A DNA stretch of 64,000 nt from Promethearchaeota archaeon (GTDB lineage Archaea; Asgardarchaeota; Lokiarchaeia; Sigyniarchaeales; SOKP01). Below are positions 57,927-64,000 of the stretch, piece after piece. Each line of letters begins with the position of its first letter. The stretch's first letter is position 1. The stretch lies in contig JBHLOY010000004.1 of the NCBI GenBank assembly GCA_048939995.1, positions 96,001 through 160,000 of the forward strand, written 5' to 3'. The notes below the pieces were generated by a model that was given only the letters and a program-made list of their open reading frames with translations, was not told where the DNA came from and did not search any database. The translations under genes and the position numbers were made by a program.

Positions 57927-59423
57927 ATGTTGGATTTTAAAGAATCAATCTTAAAGAAATTTAAACCTTTATTTTATCCGAGAGCTATAGGAATCATAGG
58001 GGCATCATACAATCCTGCAGGAGGGGGCTATTTTGTTGAAATTATGAAGAATCGATTTAAAAATCCTATTTATGTATTTAATCCTCGTATAAAAGGTCAA
58101 AAACTCTTTGGATTAGAAGTCTATGGTTCAATTTTAGAGATTCCAGAAAACAAACCAATTGATTATGTAATTATCGGGGTCCCTGCACAATTAGTTCCAA
58201 GTGTGTTGATAGAGGTAGGTCAGAAAAAAGTGCCTTTTGTGACTATTTTTACCTCTGGGTTCTCTGAAGCTGGTAATGAAAATCTTGAGAAAGAGGTTTT
58301 AAATATAGCGAAATTATATGATATTCGTATTATTGGCCCTAATTGTTTAGGAATTTACAATCCTGAAGCCGGATTATATATTGGGCGAGCCCAGTCAAAA
58401 AAAGCTGGAAATTTTGGTGCTGTGTTACAATCAGGAGGCCTAGCAGTAAATGTAGCTCAATTAGCTGATGCTTATGGGGTCGAAGTTTCTAAAATGGTAT
58501 CTATTGGAAATGCAATCGATTTAAGCTATCCTGATTTTTTAGAATACTTCTTGTATGATAATCGAACTGCTATTGTAGGGTTATACCTTGAAAATCTTAA
58601 GAGTCGAAAAAATGGACGAAAATTTATGAAAACAGCAAAAGATTGTAATCTAAATCGCAAACCAGTCATACTATGGAGAGCTGGATATGGTGAAGCTACA
58701 AGAAAAGCAATTATGTCTCACACAGGAGGTTTAGCAGGTAACAATAAGATATGGGAAGCTGTTGCTAAACAAACTGGATGTCTCCTCGTGAATAACTCTG
58801 TAGAACTGGCAGCTTTAGCATCTGCTTTTAAACTAATTCATTTACCAAGTTCTAGGAATATTGGCTTAATTGGAATTGGAGGAGGATCCACTATAGAAGC
58901 AGGAGATACACTAGAAAAGTATGATCTAAAAATTCCTAAATTGACAGAAAAAACTATTAACAAAATGGGACGTTTCTTAAATGAAGTAAATACTAATTTT
59001 GCAAATCCTATTGATCTAGGGGCTCAAGGGGCATTACCGCATATATATTATCGTACAATATTAACTTTAGATAAAGATCCAAACATTTCTGCTATAATTT
59101 TTGTCAAAGACCCAGAACGATTTAAAAATTTGGAAGATTCTCTTGTAGGCAAATTGGGATTTGAAAAAGGGACCGATTTAAATAAATTATTTATCACTTA
59201 TATAGGAAAAGCAAAAAGAATTTGCACTAAACCAATGGTTTGTGTAATGTTGAAGATTTCAGAGGGTTTTGAGGAATATAAGAGTCGCTATAAATTTAAG
59301 CTTAGATTGCTTAATAGGAATGTGCCTGTTTTTGAGAATTTTGATCTTGCTGGAAAAGTACTTGATAGTATGAATAAGTATAGAGAATTTTTACAAAAAT
59401 ACGGAAAATATCCAAAGTATTAG
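57927..59423 (+). CDS. acdA: acyl-CoA synthetase (NDP-forming) alpha subunit-like
   Basis: IGAS, GPNCLG, QSGG, SIGNAID, SHTGGLAG (phospho-His), NPID. Confidence 0.88.
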   Translation: MLDFKESILKKFKPLFYPRAIGIIGASYNPAGGGYFVEIMKNRFKNPIYVFNPRIKGQKLFGLEVYGSILEIPENKPIDYVIIGVPAQLVPSVLIEVGQKKVPFVTIFTSGFSEAGNENLEKEVLNIAKLYDIRIIGPNCLGIYNPEAGLYIGRAQSKKAGNFGAVLQSGGLAVNVAQLADAYGVEVSKMVSIGNAIDLSYPDFLEYFLYDNRTAIVGLYLENLKSRKNGRKFMKTAKDCNLNRKPVILWRAGYGEATRKAIMSHTGGLAGNNKIWEAVAKQTGCLLVNNSVELAALASAFKLIHLPSSRNIGLIGIGGGSTIEAGDTLEKYDLKIPKLTEKTINKMGRFLNEVNTNFANPIDLGAQGALPHIYYRTILTLDKDPNISAIIFVKDPERFKNLEDSLVGKLGFEKGTDLNKLFITYIGKAKRICTKPMVCVMLKISEGFEEYKSRYKFKLRLLNRNVPVFENFDLAGKVLDSMNKYREFLQKYGKYPKY

Positions 59424-60226
59424 TTTTCTTGATTTTTTAGATGTTTAATTTCTATTGGACGTCCTGGACTACCTTGATAATAAAGTTTTCCCGGTTCACC
59501 TCTCCAATTTTTATGTAAAACTGTATTTGGAAATATAACGCTATTGTCCATCGTAAGAGCATTTGGACCTGCGATATCTCCTGGATAAAAAGTTGTATTT
59601 TTACCAATCTTTATCTCCATCATAGTAATTTTTCCGAAAATTGTATTTACTGCATGAGAAGATAATCCTGATGATGGATAAAAAAACACATTGTCTCCTA
59701 AATCAGTAAACTCTAAACCTACATATCCATTGCAGTAAATTACATTCTTTCCGATTTTATTATGACCAATTCTTCTTAGAGTCCGATTAACCAGCCATGG
59801 AAATGGTGATTTTGAAGTTAGCCACATAGGGAACTTTATAATAAATCCTCTTTTATGATAATATTTTATCATTTTTCCTTCAGGACTATTATGATCATCA
59901 AGAATCCGAGCAAAAACACCTTGTTGTGGAGGAGATTTTTTATTCCAACGTCTCGTCCATAAAGCACTAAATTCAATTATTAGAATAAGATAAATATAAT
60001 ATATCAGAAATAAAAATCCAGGAAGAATTATAATATGAAATATACTATAGAAACCAAAAACCAATTTAATAAAACCATATTCAAATAAAAGAAAGAGACC
60101 CAGACATGCGTATAACGGGACTAGGAAGCTAATTAAATTTATTTTAACAAAGTCTAATGCTGGAAGTTTTACAACTTTCTTATCTTCTTGTTCTATTGAG
60201 TTTTTAAGATCTTTTGTATTATCCAT
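59420..60226 (-). CDS. membrane protein with left-handed beta-helix (acyltransferase-like) domain
   Basis: Two TM helices then hexapeptide-like KIGKNV, DLGDNV, KIGKNT and YQGSPG. Confidence 0.7.
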   Translation of the reverse strand: MDNTKDLKNSIEQEDKKVVKLPALDFVKINLISFLVPLYACLGLFLLFEYGFIKLVFGFYSIFHIIILPGFLFLIYYIYLILIIEFSALWTRRWNKKSPPQQGVFARILDDHNSPEGKMIKYYHKRGFIIKFPMWLTSKSPFPWLVNRTLRRIGHNKIGKNVIYCNGYVGLEFTDLGDNVFFYPSSGLSSHAVNTIFGKITMMEIKIGKNTTFYPGDIAGPNALTMDNSVIFPNTVLHKNWRGEPGKLYYQGSPGRPIEIKHLKNQEN

Positions 60227-60287
60227 AATATTACTATTGATAATTGATTATAAAAAATTATTTAGAAGGATACTTTTTACTTAACAT

Positions 60288-61223
60288 ATGATTGATATCC
60301 TAACCACTACTCTAGGAATAATTATAGCCATCATTTCTACATTTTGCTTTAATTTTGGGATGGTCCTTCAAAAGAAAGGCCTTAAAGAATCCTCTGAAAT
60401 AAAAATTGAAAAAGGTTTAGGAAACTTATTAAAAACTTTTAAAGAATTTATCAAGAATAAATATTGGCTTGCTGGAACCCTTCTGGGTTTAATTGGGTTG
60501 ATTCCCTATGTAATTGCGATGGGAATGGTTGGAATCCTAGTAGTACAGCCTGTATCTACGATTGGTTTAGTTATATTCGTTATTTCTGCTATTAGAATAC
60601 TTAAAGAAAAAGTTTCTCTTTTTGAAATTGTATCAATTGGAATGCTCGTTGTTTCACCAATTCTTATTGGATTAGCAATTATATCTGATATTACGATTAA
60701 TTTCACTGAATTTCTTTTACCATATCTGCTATTCTTGATCATTATTATATCTATTTGTATTCTATCCTTTTTTCTCTCCAAAAAAAAACGAGGTACAAGA
60801 CTAGAAGGATTTTTTATTATGATTATAGGATCCTTATTATTTTCGCTTGGTGCTACATTTACAAATATTTTAGCCCAAGCCTATAATGATGCAAACATCA
60901 ATCCCCTTTTCATCTGGGAGATCATATTTGGTATTTTTTGGTTTGATTATCTACACTTCTGGCTCTTTTGTGGATTTTGGGGAATGATTATATTCAATTT
61001 AATCAGTATTGTATTCTTTCAAACTGCACTTCAGAAAATTAAGGCAGTTGTAGTTGTACCAATCCATAATGCAATCATTTTAATAGTACCTGTTCTAGCA
61101 GGCTTATTTGTATTTCACCAAAAATTTGAAAATATATTATTGTTTCTCGCTTCAATTGTTTTGATATTAATCTCAATTATTTCACTAAGCAAATTTCAAG
61201 CAGATATAGAATCAATAGGATGA
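60288..61223 (+). CDS. DMT-superfamily transporter (NIPA-like)
   Basis: About 9 TM helices, GMVLQKKG, W.AG, VVQP, LKEK. Confidence 0.8.
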   Translation: MIDILTTTLGIIIAIISTFCFNFGMVLQKKGLKESSEIKIEKGLGNLLKTFKEFIKNKYWLAGTLLGLIGLIPYVIAMGMVGILVVQPVSTIGLVIFVISAIRILKEKVSLFEIVSIGMLVVSPILIGLAIISDITINFTEFLLPYLLFLIIIISICILSFFLSKKKRGTRLEGFFIMIIGSLLFSLGATFTNILAQAYNDANINPLFIWEIIFGIFWFDYLHFWLFCGFWGMIIFNLISIVFFQTALQKIKAVVVVPIHNAIILIVPVLAGLFVFHQKFENILLFLASIVLILISIISLSKFQADIESIG

Positions 61224-61238
61224 AAGGTATTTAGAGCT

Positions 61239-63995
61239 ATGTCAGATATAATATGGGACAAATATAGCTTGAAAATAGATGGAAAAAGGGTTTTTTTAAT
61301 AGGAGGTGAATTTCATTATTGGCGTTGCCCAGATAGAGATCGTTGGCAAGATATCTTAACTATGTATAAGAATGCTGGTTTAAATTGCATCAGAATTTAT
61401 TTTCACTGGGGTTATCACAATCCAAATGAATATAAATTTTATTTTACTGACAATAGAGATATAGATTATTTGTTAACCCTATGTGAGCAACTAGGATTAT
61501 ATGTATTTGTCGCTCCTGGTCCTTATATATGTGCTGAAACTAATGCTGGAGGTTTTCCTGGTTGGCTTTTAGCAAAGCGCAATGTTTTAATAAGAAACCT
61601 TAAGAGAACATATAAATCCAAATATGATCCAAAATATATGGAATACTGCAAAAAATGGTATGAAGAATTCATTCCTACCATCTCCAAGCATCAAATAACT
61701 AATAATCCTAAAGGATGTGTATTAGCTTTTCAAGTAGAAAATGAATATGATAAAAAAATATTGATTTTTAAAGGTCTTAAAAGTTACATAGTAGAACTTA
61801 TAGCTATCGCACGTAAATTGGGTATTACTGTGCCTATTTTTCATAATGATAGGAAAGAAGAAGGATCATGGGAGGATATTGTAGACCTATATGGTTTTGA
61901 TAAATATGTAATTTTTGCGCCTAAATTCCGTAAAACTATAACTAATACTGGGTGGTCAACTAAGAAGTTTAAAAAAAAAGTAGATAAACTTGAGAATATT
62001 GTTAGATCATCTGGTGAAAATGCGGCTAAATCTCCAATATTTATACCAGAATTGCAAGGTGGTTGGTTTAACCATTGGGGAATAGAGTACGGATTCGATG
62101 AGTTATATAATTATTATGGACATACTTATCAAAAGATGTTAGAACAAAGTATGGTAGCCCAAGGCTCTACAATGATGCTTTTGTATATGTTCTACGGAGG
62201 AACCTCTTGGGGCTCTATACCCGACCTAGATGTTTATACTAGTTATGACTATTCTGCTTGTATAAGAGAATATGGCTATCAGTCAAACCGATTCAGACAT
62301 TTACGATTATTTAGTTTATTTATTAAGAGTTTTGATAATAGTCTCGTTTCTACCGATTTAGTTAACATCCCATCTCTAGAATGTAGTGAGAATGACCTAT
62401 TCCATCTAGAAAGGATTAGTTTAGATGGCACTCGATTTTTCTTTTTTAGAAATTTTAATAAAAATGAAAATACTAAATTTAAAGTTCGAATAGTTGAAAA
62501 TTTTGAAATTCCTTATAAGTGGTTCCACAAATTAGACTCTCGGGATTCATTTATAGCTTTTGGCAATCATAGGCTAGGTAATTTTTCTGTTATGTTTTGT
62601 TCTCTACCTATTATTGTCAAAGGAAAATACCATGATGGATGGTTGATTATAGCTTATCAAAATGGTGGAGAATTAATCTTGAGGGGTACTAACTTTAAAG
62701 TTCAAGGTAATTGTGAAACCCATAAACAAGGGGGAATTACAAGATTTATATTCCCAAATGAGGGATATTCTTGGATCATAAACAAGGATAATCAAAATTT
62801 ATATATAATTATTCTATCACTTCAAGAAGCATTAACTATAAATGCTAATCTCTCTAATAATAATTTTCAAGTAGCATGGGGGGCATATTCTATTTTTTTT
62901 GAGAATAACGTTCTTAATATTGAAATTTTGGGAACCCAAACAGTATATCTCTTAACAATGAACTCTAATGCTTCTGAATTTAAAAGAGTTGAAAATTGCC
63001 TTATTCCTGGATTAAAGAAAAGAACGTTCGCTCCGAGACTAGATATTACAACAATCGAATTGAATAAATGGGATTATATCAAGACAAACTGGAGCTCTAA
63101 TCCTGAAATCTGGAAAAAGATTGACTTTAAAAAAGAAAAAGATCCTATAGATCATCAATTTACTTGTGGTCATATACTCTATAAATGCGAATTTGAAATC
63201 TCTAGGGTAAAAAAGCTTAATTTAAAATTGAATATTAGAAACAAGTGTGCAATTTGGTTAAATGATACATTTATTGGAGGACATAATACTTATAGCATTA
63301 TTTATCTCCTTCCAGGAGCTAAAAACGGACCAGATCCAACTTTTTTAGGAAAAAAAACATATAAGCTAAAGAAAGCATTAAAAAGTGGAAAGAACGTTCT
63401 CTATATCCTTACAGAAAATCTAGGTCATAGTCGTAATCCTCATTTAGTGAGTGATGTAAGAAATCCTCGAGGGATTATATCTGCTAAATTTTCTAATAGA
63501 ATTTCTAGAAAAAAGTGGTCTATTACAGGAATAAATGTTACAAAATTAGAACAAGCCTATAATACTGCTGGATTACCAGGGGAAAAATATGGTTATCATC
63601 TGGGAGAGAGTGAAGATTGGACAGAACTTAAAGGGACCCCTTCAATTTCACCAAAGGATCAGATAGTCTGGTTTAAAACAACTTTTCGCTGGAGTATTAA
63701 TGAAAATACGAGATTACCACTAAGAATTCATTTAGAAGGTAAACATAATGTGCATTTATTCGTTAATGGATTATATATTGGAAAATATTGGGGTGAATAT
63801 GGCCCACAACAAGATTTCTATATTATGGATAAGCTACTAAGACAAAAGAACATTTTAGTTCTTGCTTGCTGGACCACAACAGATGAGAAATTTTCAATTT
63901 CAATTAAACCATATTATATAAAGACTGATAGTGGTAATATCGATGAAAATGGAAGAGTTTTTGCTACGGAAAAATATAGAATTAAATTAGAATAA
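61239..63995 (+). CDS. glycoside hydrolase family 35 beta-galactosidase
   Basis: GEFHYWR, PGPYICAE, QVENEY, PELQGGWF, YMFYGGT, TSYDY. Confidence 0.95.
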   Translation: MSDIIWDKYSLKIDGKRVFLIGGEFHYWRCPDRDRWQDILTMYKNAGLNCIRIYFHWGYHNPNEYKFYFTDNRDIDYLLTLCEQLGLYVFVAPGPYICAETNAGGFPGWLLAKRNVLIRNLKRTYKSKYDPKYMEYCKKWYEEFIPTISKHQITNNPKGCVLAFQVENEYDKKILIFKGLKSYIVELIAIARKLGITVPIFHNDRKEEGSWEDIVDLYGFDKYVIFAPKFRKTITNTGWSTKKFKKKVDKLENIVRSSGENAAKSPIFIPELQGGWFNHWGIEYGFDELYNYYGHTYQKMLEQSMVAQGSTMMLLYMFYGGTSWGSIPDLDVYTSYDYSACIREYGYQSNRFRHLRLFSLFIKSFDNSLVSTDLVNIPSLECSENDLFHLERISLDGTRFFFFRNFNKNENTKFKVRIVENFEIPYKWFHKLDSRDSFIAFGNHRLGNFSVMFCSLPIIVKGKYHDGWLIIAYQNGGELILRGTNFKVQGNCETHKQGGITRFIFPNEGYSWIINKDNQNLYIIILSLQEALTINANLSNNNFQVAWGAYSIFFENNVLNIEILGTQTVYLLTMNSNASEFKRVENCLIPGLKKRTFAPRLDITTIELNKWDYIKTNWSSNPEIWKKIDFKKEKDPIDHQFTCGHILYKCEFEISRVKKLNLKLNIRNKCAIWLNDTFIGGHNTYSIIYLLPGAKNGPDPTFLGKKTYKLKKALKSGKNVLYILTENLGHSRNPHLVSDVRNPRGIISAKFSNRISRKKWSITGINVTKLEQAYNTAGLPGEKYGYHLGESEDWTELKGTPSISPKDQIVWFKTTFRWSINENTRLPLRIHLEGKHNVHLFVNGLYIGKYWGEYGPQQDFYIMDKLLRQKNILVLACWTTTDEKFSISIKPYYIKTDSGNIDENGRVFATEKYRIKLE

Positions 63996-64000
63996 TTTTT

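Noticed and set aside
1-64000. CRISPR arrays, rRNA genes, transposases
   Set aside because: No regularly spaced repeats, long GC-rich structural RNA or transposase motifs were found by eye.

Overview
AT-rich archaeal chromosome segment, almost certainly from an Asgard archaeon of the Lokiarchaeia type. It carries an ESCRT-II/Vps4/ESCRT-III locus, a Rab-like GTPase, tandem longin-like proteins, archaeal eS1/uS15, Nop2/Nip7 and two intron-containing tRNAs (Gly-GCC with a canonical 37/38 intron, Val-GAC with a D-loop intron). It also encodes nickel-pincer genes (larB, larC) with nikR, lipid and sugar catabolic enzymes, a face-to-face-type histone, a bacterial-type RNase III and a membrane TIR protein. 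The strongest candidate for an undescribed system is a tightly packed 15.8-kb five-gene minus-strand operon (38716-54527): a MacB/LolD-type ABC ATPase with extra domains, two paralogous double-FtsX permeases, a 1303-aa Ig-repeat surface protein and a 1577-aa receptor-like subtilase with a cytoplasmic 8-Cys tail. Reading the raw sequence also gave apparent non-AUG starts (vps4, nop2), a small DUF4177-like gene absent from the ORF track and a methyltransferase split by an in-frame TAA. No CRISPR array, rRNA or mobile element was seen. All family assignments are by eye from motifs, with no database search.
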